A stretch of 64,000 nucleotides of DNA. Source: Actinomycetes bacterium. GTDB lineage: Bacteria > Actinomycetota > Acidimicrobiia > Acidimicrobiales > Aldehydirespiratoraceae. A program made the position numbers and the translations under genes. Location of the stretch: the NCBI GenBank assembly GCA_024276495.1, contig JAJRXC010000083.1:314-64313 (forward strand). The letters run 5' to 3'. The notes beneath the pieces are model-generated. The model was given only the letters and a program-made list of their open reading frames with translations. It was not told where the DNA came from and searched no databases. This document shows positions 1 through 8,421 of the stretch, piece after piece (position 1 is the stretch's first letter; every line of letters begins with the position of its first letter).

Positions 1-2
1 GC

Positions 3-1181
3 TTCGTTCTCTTCGGGCGAGGCGGCGACGACGGCGACGTCACGGCCGGACCCGGCGACGAGACCGCCGACACCACCCCGGCGACCGAACCCGACCCGAC
101 CGACCCCCCGACGACCGAACCCGACCCGACCGACACCGCACCCACCGACACGACCGCACCCACCGACACCGCACCGCCCGAGACCGCACCGCCCGCCCCG
201 GTGGTCACCACCCCCGCGTTCGGGGTCGGCGTGCCGGTCGATTCCGGCTTCACCCCGACCCCGTGCCCCAGCGAACCGGCCAAGGTCGCCTGCATCATCG
301 GCGGCGTGGCCCTCGACGAGACCACCGGCGAGATGCTCGTGCCCTACGAGACGATCGGGTTCACGCCCGAGCTCGAACCGGCCGGCGACCACCTCCACTT
401 CTATCTCGACACCGCGGTCGACGGCGACGAGAACAAGGCCGGCCGGGCCACACCCGGCGGCAGTTGGAAGGAATGGGACGGGTTCCCGCCGTTCAGCTCG
501 TTCGGCGGCGAGAACGGCCGAACCGGGTTCACCGCGGCCGATGTCGAAGCGGCCGGCGCCCGCACCCTCTGCGTGCTCGTGGCCGACGCCGACCATGTCG
601 CCGCCCGGGCCAGCGGCAATTGCGCCCCGATCCCCCAGATCTTCGACATCGACGACACCCTCGAACAGGTCGACCGGCTGACCGGCAACTATGTCGGCCG
701 CTGCGCCATCGGGGCGACGCTGATCCTCCCCGCCGACTGGCGCTGGGTCGACCTCGTGGCAACGCGCCCCGCAGACGCCGCCCAGCTGATCCGCCCGACC
801 GACGTCGAGAAGACCGAGCAGATGCTCCGGGGCCTGCTCGCGTCCGGTGCGGTGCTGTGGGCCGACGGTCCCGTCGACGACGGCTTCATCGTCAACCTCA
901 GCATCCTGCGGGTCGCCGGCGACTACACCTCCGCCGACTCACCCGAAACGGTGCGCCAGAAGCTGGCCCAGTCGGGGATCGAGTTCGAAGGGACCGTCTC
1001 GGAGCGGACCTTCGGCGGGCGAACCGTCAACGCCCAGGTCGTCGCGAAGAACAACCACGAGCGCACCCAATACGTGATCCCTGACTTCGGCTACGCCCTG
1101 GTCCTGAACTTCGCCTCGCCCGACGCCGACCGGTGGATGGAGACCTCCGACGCCATCGCCGCCACCCTCATGGGTTGCTGA
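3..1181 (+). CDS. 5'-truncated membrane-anchored protein: end of a hydrophobic segment, Thr/Pro/Asp linker, then extracytoplasmic domains (HLHFY...LCVLVADADH...SGNC); possibly the C-terminal part of a Ser/Thr kinase
   Basis: Frame is open from base 3 (FVLFGRGGDDGD...TEPDPTD...) through to TGA at 1181; high-GC3 codon usage; start lies outside the window. Confidence 0.75.
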   Translation, partial: FVLFGRGGDDGDVTAGPGDETADTTPATEPDPTDPPTTEPDPTDTAPTDTTAPTDTAPPETAPPAPVVTTPAFGVGVPVDSGFTPTPCPSEPAKVACIIGGVALDETTGEMLVPYETIGFTPELEPAGDHLHFYLDTAVDGDENKAGRATPGGSWKEWDGFPPFSSFGGENGRTGFTAADVEAAGARTLCVLVADADHVAARASGNCAPIPQIFDIDDTLEQVDRLTGNYVGRCAIGATLILPADWRWVDLVATRPADAAQLIRPTDVEKTEQMLRGLLASGAVLWADGPVDDGFIVNLSILRVAGDYTSADSPETVRQKLAQSGIEFEGTVSERTFGGRTVNAQVVAKNNHERTQYVIPDFGYALVLNFASPDADRWMETSDAIAATLMGC

Positions 1182-1215
1182 GCACGACACCCCGAACGCG
1201 ACCGTCGGGCGGGTC

Positions 1216-2121
1216 TCAGGCCCGGGCCCGCAACCGGGTGAGCGACGTGGCCGACATCACCCGGCTGAGCCGGCCGGCGATCTCGGGCGGGGCCGACTCG
1301 ACCACGTTGCCGGCTCGGGCCCACAGCGCCGTCTTCACCTGGAACGGTCGCAGCTCGGGATGTTTCGAGCGGATCAGGGCAGCGAGGCCGGCGATGTGGG
1401 GCGCGGCGTAGCTGTTGCCGGTCTGCACACTGGTGGTGTGCCCCTTCCACAAGGTCGGGACATCGATCCCGCGAGCGAGGAACTCCGTCGGCGGCTCCGG
1501 ATTGGCGTGGTACCGCAACGGGTCGTCGGTCGTGTTGCACGCCACACTCACCACCGACGCGAACAGCGACGGGTAGCTGACCGACTGCACGTTGTTGGCC
1601 GCCGTCACGATCAGCGAGTTGGTGAAGTAGCCGCGGTCGCAGACATCGTGAAAGGCGAGCGCCCAGTCACGCTTGCGGGTGCCGAGCGACAAGTTGACCA
1701 CATCGAACCCCTGATCGACGGCCCAGTCGAGGCCGGCGTGGAACGCGATCGACTTGCCCGACAGCCCCGGACCCAGGACCTTGACGCTGGTGATCTCGGC
1801 CTTCGGGGCGATCGAGTGGATGATGCCGGCACAGGCGGTGCCATGCCCGAAGCTGTCGTCGTGAGGCCCTTCCCGGGTGACGAGACCGCCCTCACGGTCG
1901 ACGGAGAACTCGATCGCGCCGTCGGCGTCGACACAGCCGTCGAGCTCGGGATTGTCGGCATCGATGCCGCTGTCGACGATCGCGACCCGCACCCCGGATC
2001 CGTCGGCACCGCCGAACACCCACTCGTCGCTGACGTCGTCGAGGCTGATCGCCCCGGGCATGCGCAACATCACCGAGTCGCGGCTCCAGGCCGGCCGGGG
2101 ACGAAACCCGCCGTCGGTCAC
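1216..2121 (-). CDS. S8 (subtilisin-family) serine peptidase, short, no signal peptide
   Basis: Catalytic motifs VAIVDSG, HGTACAG, AANN and GNSYAAP; GTG start overlaps the upstream stop (GTGA at 2121-2118). Confidence 0.92.
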   Translation of the reverse strand: MTDGGFRPRPAWSRDSVMLRMPGAISLDDVSDEWVFGGADGSGVRVAIVDSGIDADNPELDGCVDADGAIEFSVDREGGLVTREGPHDDSFGHGTACAGIIHSIAPKAEITSVKVLGPGLSGKSIAFHAGLDWAVDQGFDVVNLSLGTRKRDWALAFHDVCDRGYFTNSLIVTAANNVQSVSYPSLFASVVSVACNTTDDPLRYHANPEPPTEFLARGIDVPTLWKGHTTSVQTGNSYAAPHIAGLAALIRSKHPELRPFQVKTALWARAGNVVESAPPEIAGRLSRVMSATSLTRLRARA

Positions 2122-2669
2122 AGCAGGGATTCCACGGCCCGAGCGACGGCGGCATAGCGGCCGGCGTCGCCGGCGGCGAGCCGTTCGAGGCCGAGGGCGA
2201 GCGAAGCGGGAGACGGAGGAGTCGACCCGGTCCCCGTCTCGGTCATCGCCGCGCCGGCCACGTCGGCCAACATCGAGACCACCTCGACGTCGTCGAAGCT
2301 GTAGGCGCCGGCCGCCGGATCGACCAACTCGACGACACCGATGACCTCCTCCGACCCGCACGGCACCGCGAGGATGGCCGACGCGGTGCCCACGCCGCCG
2401 CCCGCCCCGATGTTGTCGGCATCGTCGGCGGAGATCTGCATCGCCGCCGGCTGACCGGAGGTGGCCACGAACCCGGCCGCCCCGTCGGCGGCGACCTGCG
2501 CCCCGATCCGATCGTTGGCGCGACCGTCGTGTCCGTGCACGGCGAGCACGGTGAACGCGCCCTCGCCGACCGCGAGCAGCCAGCCGCCGGCCGAGCCGGT
2601 CGCCTCGACCGCCGCCTGGACGATCGCCTGATAGGTGGGGCGTGGAGGTTCTGTCGTGGATTGGGTCAT
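2118..2669 (-). CDS. Stand-alone GAF domain protein
   Basis: GAAGFVATSGQP, ILAVPC...VIGVVELVD, FDDVEVVSMLA pattern typical of GAF domains; GAGGA RBS; coupled to the S8 gene. Confidence 0.85.
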   Translation of the reverse strand: MTQSTTEPPRPTYQAIVQAAVEATGSAGGWLLAVGEGAFTVLAVHGHDGRANDRIGAQVAADGAAGFVATSGQPAAMQISADDADNIGAGGGVGTASAILAVPCGSEEVIGVVELVDPAAGAYSFDDVEVVSMLADVAGAAMTETGTGSTPPSPASLALGLERLAAGDAGRYAAVARAVESLL

Positions 2670-2751
2670 GGGTCCTCTCTGATCATCTCATCCCGGTCGA
2701 CACCGGTGGGTCGATGCCGCCCACTCGTACCTGCGGATCGACGCCTCCGGA

Positions 2752-5700
2752 TCACTTCATCCGCGGGAACGCACCGGTGGCCCTCGTCGCCGAGGATCCC
2801 GCCATCGGCGTCGGACCCGCACGGGTGACCCGCTCCTCGGCGGCCGCGGTGCTCAACGCGGAGACCGGTCCGGCGAGGGTGAGCCGCGACAGCCGGGTCC
2901 CGCCGGAGGGAACCGGCCCGGTCCGGCGCCCGCTCAGCTGATCGGCCAGGGCCGGATCGGTGGCCGCGGCGGTGCTGAGCGCCTCGGCCGGCAGGTTCAG
3001 CAACTCGAGCGCCGTGCGGGCCCGCAACGAGCTGTGGGCCGGGGCACCGAGCGCTGCGCTCACGCCGAAGGTGTCGCCGGCGCGCAGCTCCGCGGCGACC
3101 TGTTCCCCGGCCAGCACGACCTCTCCGATCCCGTCGGCGACGACCATGAGGCCGCCGCCTTCCTCCACCGAACGGCCGGGCTCGAGACCGAACGGCGTGA
3201 GGGCGGCGACGAGGCCCTCCATCGTCGAATCCTCGATCGTGCTCAGGAACGGAACGCGGCGGAGCGCCGCGGCGGCATCGAAGGGTTCCGGCTCGGGGAT
3301 CGGCGTTCCGGTCTGCTCGGCCCACAACTGCGCATACGCCCCCCTCGCCGCGACGAGCTCGTCGTGGGTTCCCTGCTCGGCCAGACGGCCCTCGACGATC
3401 ACGAAGATCCGGTCGTAGTCGGTGATGCTGGCCAGCCGGTGGGTGACGGCGACGACGGTGCGGTTCTCGGCGATCCTCGCGATGGTGTCGTTGACCTGGC
3501 GTTCCGTGCCGGGATCGAGCGCCGAGGTCGCCTCGTCCAACAACAGCACCTGCGGGTTGCGGACGAGGGCCCGCGCGATCGCCACTCGTTGACGCTGGCC
3601 GCCGGACAGGGCGGATCCGCCCTCCCCGACGAGCGAGTTGTACCCGTTGGGAAGCGAATCGACGAACGCGTCGATCTCCGCGGCAGCCGCGGCGGCCTCG
3701 ACCTCCGCGTCGGTGGCCCCGATCCGCCCGAACGCGATGTTCTCCCGGATCGTCGCGTCGAACAGGAAGGAGTCCTGGAAGACGACGCCGAGCTGGTCGC
3801 GCCACGACGCGAGCGAACAGGAACGCAGGTCGGCCCCGTCGACGAGGATCGCGCCCTCGTCGGGCTCGTACATGCGCATCAGCAGCCGCAACACGGTCGA
3901 CTTCCCCGACCCCGACGGCCCGACGAACGCCACCCGCGAGCCCGCGGCGATGCTCACGTCGAAGTCATCGAGCGCCCGCCGCTCCGGCGTGTACGAGAGA
4001 CCGACCCCGGCCAGCCGAAGCTCGCGGGTCAGCGGGGCCAACGCGGGGAGGTCGGCACCCTCGGGTTCGGGATCGGCCTCCATCACCTCGTTGATCCGAA
4101 CCAGCGAACCCATCGACGCCTGGACCTGCTGGCTCAAACCGACGAGCACCGTGACCGGCGACAACACCTCGCCCATGATCGACAGGAACGCCACGAGCCC
4201 ACCGGTGGTGAACCGGCCCTCGAGGATCAACCAGGCGCCGAGGCCGAGCACGACGAGGCGAAGCAACGTCATGATCAGGTTGACCGACAACCCGAAGAAC
4301 CCGCCCCACAGCTGCAGGCGCCGCGTCGCCCGGAACAACCGATCGCTTTGTTGGGAGAACCGACGCTCTTCGCGGCCGGCCAGACCGAAGACCTTGACCA
4401 CCTGGTTCGCCTGATAGCTCTCGGCCGCCACCGACAGGAGAGCACTGTTGTTCTCCTGAACGGCCAGCGAACGATCGCGGGCCCCGGCCGCCATCCGGCG
4501 GTACACGAAGCCGACCAGCGGCGCGGTGGCGAGCACGAGCAGACCGAGCCAGAGATCGATCGTCAACATGATGACCGCGGTGACGACCAGCGAGATCATC
4601 TGGAAGATGCCCTGTCCGATCGCTTCGGAGAGGCCGGCCTGCACCGCCCCGACGTCGCTGAACAGCCGGGACAGCACGTCGCCCTGCGGATGCTCGCGGT
4701 ACCACGCGGCCGGGAGCCGCTGCACCCGCCCGAACAGCGATTGGCGGATGTCGCGCGACACGGCGCCGCTGACGTAGGCGGTCTGGTAGGCCTGCCGCAC
4801 CCCGGCGACGAGCGACACGACGAACGCGATGCCGAGCCCCACGAGCAGGGTCAGGACCTGGCTGAACTCGCCACTCGGCAGCGCGGTGTCGAACAACTTC
4901 CGGGTCACGAACGGGAACGCGGCGACAAAAGCGAGGCTCAACAGCATGTAGCCGAAGATCTCGATCTGACGCAGCCGGTACGGGCGCAGGTACTTGAGCG
5001 AGAGACGCAGGAAATCGCCGGTCTTGACGTCGGGTTCGCCGGCGAACACCTTGCGCCGCCACTCCTGCTCGAGCTGACCGAGCGCGGCGCCGAACACCTC
5101 GCGGGCCGTCTCCTCGACCCGCCCGTCCTGGGCGCCGAGCAGACGCATGACCGCCTCCTCCCCCTCTCGGGCCACGAGGAAACGCACGAACGAGAGCGCG
5201 GCCGCGCCGCGCAGCTCGCCGTCGATCTCCGACAGCGCCGGTAGCGGGGTCTGGGCCAGCTGCTCGTCGGGATCCGACAGGCCCGAGCGGTGCAGACCGA
5301 ACCCCTCGACGAGCAACTGCACCTCGTCCGCGCTCGGCAGGGCCGCGCCGAAGAGCAACGCGAGGACACGATGGGGATCCTCGGGCGGCGCCTCGGGGCT
5401 CACGACGACCCAGGCCTCACCGGCCCGGCCGTCGACGATCGATCCGGACGCGACGACCTCGGTCCCGTCGTGGTACGGGTCGATGAGGTTCACGACCGGC
5501 ACGGTCCCCCATGGCTCCGACCCGAGCCCGGCGAGGTTGCGTCGGGCCCGCACCGCGGTCGCCAGATAGCTCTTGGCCACCTCGGCGCCGTAGGTCCCCG
5601 GGGTGAACCGGACCTCGATGTCGTCGGAACGACGGGCCTCGGTGCCGGACGCGAGGCTCGGCGGTGTGGGGGGACTCGGGGGGAGAGGCTGAGCCGGCCC

Positions 5701-6087
5701 CGCAGGTGACGTTGACGGCGTCGGGGGCGGGGCCGGCTCGTCCGGGGGTGTCGACATCGCCGCGGTTCGCGGGGGTGCCGGCACCTCCAGAATGTGAAGG
5801 GTGGTGTCGCCGATTCGCAGCTCGCTCCCGGCCCGACAGGCGACCGGGGCGTCGATGCGACGACCATCGACATAGGTTCCGTTGGAGCTGCCGAGGTCGG
5901 TGACGACGAGCTCGTCACCCCGGACCTCGAAACGAAGATGACGGCGGGAGACCGCAGGATCGCCGACGGTGACATCGCCCTCGTCACGGCCGATCACCAG
6001 CCCGTCGACGAGCGGATGTTCGGCCGTCCCCGCCGGGCCGGTCACCCGGACGAGGAAACGGGCGTTCTCGTTCAGATCTTCGTCCAC
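2752..6087 (-). CDS. FHA domain + degenerate peptidase-MA-like domain + ABC exporter (TMD+NBD) + cNMP-binding-like domain
   Basis: FHA motifs IGR, VSRRH, DLGSSNGT; 6-TM ABC membrane region; Walker A GPSGSGKST, LSGGQRQR, LLLDEATSALD; C-terminal LRRVPFL...ELRAGDTFG; GAGGAG RBS before GTG at 6087. Confidence 0.9.
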   Translation of the reverse strand: MDEDLNENARFLVRVTGPAGTAEHPLVDGLVIGRDEGDVTVGDPAVSRRHLRFEVRGDELVVTDLGSSNGTYVDGRRIDAPVACRAGSELRIGDTTLHILEVPAPPRTAAMSTPPDEPAPPPTPSTSPAGPAQPLPPSPPTPPSLASGTEARRSDDIEVRFTPGTYGAEVAKSYLATAVRARRNLAGLGSEPWGTVPVVNLIDPYHDGTEVVASGSIVDGRAGEAWVVVSPEAPPEDPHRVLALLFGAALPSADEVQLLVEGFGLHRSGLSDPDEQLAQTPLPALSEIDGELRGAAALSFVRFLVAREGEEAVMRLLGAQDGRVEETAREVFGAALGQLEQEWRRKVFAGEPDVKTGDFLRLSLKYLRPYRLRQIEIFGYMLLSLAFVAAFPFVTRKLFDTALPSGEFSQVLTLLVGLGIAFVVSLVAGVRQAYQTAYVSGAVSRDIRQSLFGRVQRLPAAWYREHPQGDVLSRLFSDVGAVQAGLSEAIGQGIFQMISLVVTAVIMLTIDLWLGLLVLATAPLVGFVYRRMAAGARDRSLAVQENNSALLSVAAESYQANQVVKVFGLAGREERRFSQQSDRLFRATRRLQLWGGFFGLSVNLIMTLLRLVVLGLGAWLILEGRFTTGGLVAFLSIMGEVLSPVTVLVGLSQQVQASMGSLVRINEVMEADPEPEGADLPALAPLTRELRLAGVGLSYTPERRALDDFDVSIAAGSRVAFVGPSGSGKSTVLRLLMRMYEPDEGAILVDGADLRSCSLASWRDQLGVVFQDSFLFDATIRENIAFGRIGATDAEVEAAAAAAEIDAFVDSLPNGYNSLVGEGGSALSGGQRQRVAIARALVRNPQVLLLDEATSALDPGTERQVNDTIARIAENRTVVAVTHRLASITDYDRIFVIVEGRLAEQGTHDELVAARGAYAQLWAEQTGTPIPEPEPFDAAAALRRVPFLSTIEDSTMEGLVAALTPFGLEPGRSVEEGGGLMVVADGIGEVVLAGEQVAAELRAGDTFGVSAALGAPAHSSLRARTALELLNLPAEALSTAAATDPALADQLSGRRTGPVPSGGTRLSRLTLAGPVSALSTAAAEERVTRAGPTPMAGSSATRATGAFPRMK

Positions 6088-6089
6088 GG

Positions 6090-6114
6090 TGTAACTCCTC
6101 GTCTCGTCGTCGTC
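6090..6114 (+). promoter_or_regulatory. Putative ECF sigma promoter for the small ORF at 6159
   Basis: TGTAAC-N15-CGTC resembles the general ECF -35 AAC / -10 CGT consensus; an ECF gene is adjacent. Confidence 0.4.
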
Positions 6115-6158
6115 TGGGACAGGAAGTGGCAAGAGCTGTGGCCGGCAAGGAAACCCGA

Positions 6159-6395
6159 ATGACCGAAGATCCCGAAGCAACCGACCGTCTTCTCGAGAAG
6201 CTGCGCACGTTCGTCGCCGACCTCGACGACGACGAACGGCAACTGTTCGCGGCCCTCGTCGGGCCCGGTGTCGCCCTCGCCTACCGCGAGACCGACGAGG
6301 TCGTGGGGTTCGGAACGGGTTGGGGGCCGCAACAGTTGCCCGATCACTTGGCCGCGTCGGTCCGGGAATCCGGCATCCGCGTCATCGGGCTCTGA
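6159..6395 (+). CDS. Small (78 aa) hypothetical protein, candidate precursor/substrate peptide
   Basis: AAGGA RBS before ATG 6159; normal codon usage; helical N-terminus LLEKLRTFVADLDDDERQLFAALV followed by DEVVGFG. Confidence 0.75.
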   Translation: MTEDPEATDRLLEKLRTFVADLDDDERQLFAALVGPGVALAYRETDEVVGFGTGWGPQQLPDHLAASVRESGIRVIGL

Positions 6396-6997
6396 GCCGC
6401 CGAGCCCTTCGTCCGGTCCTGGCGGTCGAGGAGATCCTGTTGCTCCAGCGCGCCCCGCAGACGGCGCCGGGCCCGGTGGAGGGTGACCTTGGCGTTGCCG
6501 TGGCTGATGCCGAGCGCCGACGCGACCTCCGACGGACCGAACCCCAGGTGGACCGTCATCGACAGCACCGCGGCATCGCGGGCCGACACCGCGGCGACAC
6601 CGCAGTTGATGGCCTCGGCCAGCTCACGGACCTCGGCTTCGACATCGGGGCCCGGGTCGTCGGATCGAAAGCTCGGGTCGTCGTCGGACTCGATCGGTTC
6701 CATCCGGGCGTTGCGGCGCCGGCGGAGCTCGTCGACGGCCGCGTTGCGGGCGATCTGAAGGACCCAGGGACGGAAACGAGCGGGGTCTCGTAGCGAGTCG
6801 AGTCGGGCGAGGGCCCGGGTGAAGACCTCCTGCACGACGTCGAGTTGTTGTTCGGGATCGTCGACATAGTCGCTGACCGCCATTCGCGTCGCGGGCGCGT
6901 GACGGCGATAGAGCTCCGCGAACCCGTCGCCCGAACCGGCCCGCACCGCCTCGACGAGGTCGGCCTCGGACCACGCATCAAGACACTCTCGTGCCAT
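6344..6997 (-). CDS. ECF sigma-70 family RNA polymerase sigma factor
   Basis: Region 2 DVVQEVF...FRPWVLQIARNAAVD; region 4 EVASALGIS...VTLHRARRRLR. Confidence 0.92.
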   Translation of the reverse strand: MARECLDAWSEADLVEAVRAGSGDGFAELYRRHAPATRMAVSDYVDDPEQQLDVVQEVFTRALARLDSLRDPARFRPWVLQIARNAAVDELRRRRNARMEPIESDDDPSFRSDDPGPDVEAEVRELAEAINCGVAAVSARDAAVLSMTVHLGFGPSEVASALGISHGNAKVTLHRARRRLRGALEQQDLLDRQDRTKGSAAQSPMTRMPDSRTDAAK

Positions 6998-7040
6998 CCC
7001 ACGTCACCCCCGTCATTGCCGTCACGACTGTTGTACGCGA

Positions 7041-7062
7041 CGGGCGCTAACCGGGCGCTAAC
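7041..7062. promoter_or_regulatory. Perfect 11-bp tandem direct repeat (CGGGCGCTAAC x2), candidate regulator binding site
   Basis: Lies in the divergent intergenic region upstream of the ECF gene; period equals one helical turn. Confidence 0.45.
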
Positions 7063-7119
7063 CACGCTGTGACGGGCGGTCGGGGTGACCCGGCGAAGCC
7101 CACCCGTAGAGTGCCCGCC

Positions 7120-7698
7120 ATGTCAGATCACGTCCTCGGCCGGCGACTCCAATGGATCACGATCGCCTGGAACACCGCCGAGGCCTTCGTCACCATGTAC
7201 CTCGGGTTCACCGCGGGTTCGCTGGCCCTGATCGCTTTCGGGCTCGATTCGCTCATCGAGGTCTTCGCGTCCCTCGTCGTCTTGTGGCACATGCGTCCCG
7301 ACGACGGCGGCCACCCGACCCGAGACCGGCGCGCCGGTCGCCTCGTCGCATCCGCCTTCGCGGTCCTCGCCCTCTTTCTCCTGGTGGTCAGCATCCGCAC
7401 CTTGTGGATCGGCACCGAACCGGACTCCTCTACGATCGGCATCGCCTATCTCACGATCACCGCGGCCGTGATGTTCACCCTGGCCCGAGCCAAGCGCCGC
7501 GTCGGCACCCGCCTGAAGAGCGAACCGTTCCTGGCCGAGGCGTCGATGACGTTCCTCGACGGCGGCCTCGCCACCGGCATCCTCACCGCGCTGGTCCTCA
7601 ACTCGGCGTTCGGCTGGTGGTGGGCCGACCCGGCCGCCGCGATGCTCGTCGCCGTGGTCGCCGCCAACGAGGCCCGCGAAGGATTCACGTCGGCATGA
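7120..7698 (+). CDS. Cation transporter (CDF-like, transmembrane domain only)
   Basis: GSLALIAFGLDSLIE and GWWWADPAAA motifs; about 6 TM helices. Confidence 0.85.
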   Translation: MSDHVLGRRLQWITIAWNTAEAFVTMYLGFTAGSLALIAFGLDSLIEVFASLVVLWHMRPDDGGHPTRDRRAGRLVASAFAVLALFLLVVSIRTLWIGTEPDSSTIGIAYLTITAAVMFTLARAKRRVGTRLKSEPFLAEASMTFLDGGLATGILTALVLNSAFGWWWADPAAAMLVAVVAANEAREGFTSA

Positions 7699-7725
7699 TC
7701 GGCCCCGGCCCGAACCGGTCGCTTT

Positions 7726-7751
7726 CCGTCACGTCGCCGCGACCGTGACGG
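7726..7751. terminator. Stem-loop between convergent genes
   Basis: CCGTCACG...CGTGACGG inverted repeat. Confidence 0.45.
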
Positions 7752-7761
7752 CGCCGCCCGA

Positions 7762-8421
7762 TCAGGCGACGCCCATCAGGGCCTTGACCGTCCGGACGGC
7801 GGAGACGGCGTTCGGGGCGTAGCCGTCGGCCCCGATCCGGTCGGCGTAGGCCTGATCGACCGGCGCCCCGCCCACCAGGAGCACGATTCCGTCCCGTTGC
7901 CCGGCCGTGACGATCGCATCGATGGTCGTGACCAGCTCGGGCATCGTCGTCGTGAGAAAGGCGCTGATCCCGACGGCGTCGGGCCGGTGTTCGGCGATGG
8001 CGGCCACGAAGTCGGCGGCCGGCACATTGACCCCGAGGTCGATCACGTCGAACCCCGCACCCTCCAACATGACGTTGCACAGGTTCTTGCCGATGTCGTG
8101 GATGTCGCCGGCGACGGTGCCCATGACGAAGGTGCCGATCCGGGCCGCCGACTCGGCGGCCAGTCGGGGGCGCACCAGCTCCATTCCGGCCTGCATCGCC
8201 CGGGCCGCGACCAGCATCTCAGGCAGGAAGATCTGGTTCGACTCGAACCGCGAGCCGACCTCCTCGAGGGCGGGAATCATCGAGTCGAACAACACGTGCA
8301 GCGGGGCCGCGCCGCACTCGAACGCCGCAGACGTGTGCGCGACCGCGGCGTCGCCATCACCCGCGACGATCGCGTCGTAGAGCGAATCGAGCACCTCGTC
8401 CACGACGTCGGTGCCCGTCAT
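7762..8421 (-). CDS. Corrinoid (cobalamin-binding) protein, MtbC/MtaC/MetH B12-domain like
   Basis: FLPEMLVAARAM cap domain; GDIHDIGKNL, SAFLTTT, VGGAPV B12-binding motifs. Confidence 0.93.
   Translation of the reverse strand: MTGTDVVDEVLDSLYDAIVAGDGDAAVAHTSAAFECGAAPLHVLFDSMIPALEEVGSRFESNQIFLPEMLVAARAMQAGMELVRPRLAAESAARIGTFVMGTVAGDIHDIGKNLCNVMLEGAGFDVIDLGVNVPAADFVAAIAEHRPDAVGISAFLTTTMPELVTTIDAIVTAGQRDGIVLLVGGAPVDQAYADRIGADGYAPNAVSAVRTVKALMGVA

Noticed and set aside
60-200. Tandem ACCGAACCCGACCCGACCGAC-type repeats
   Set aside because: Encode a Thr/Pro/Asp linker within the first CDS
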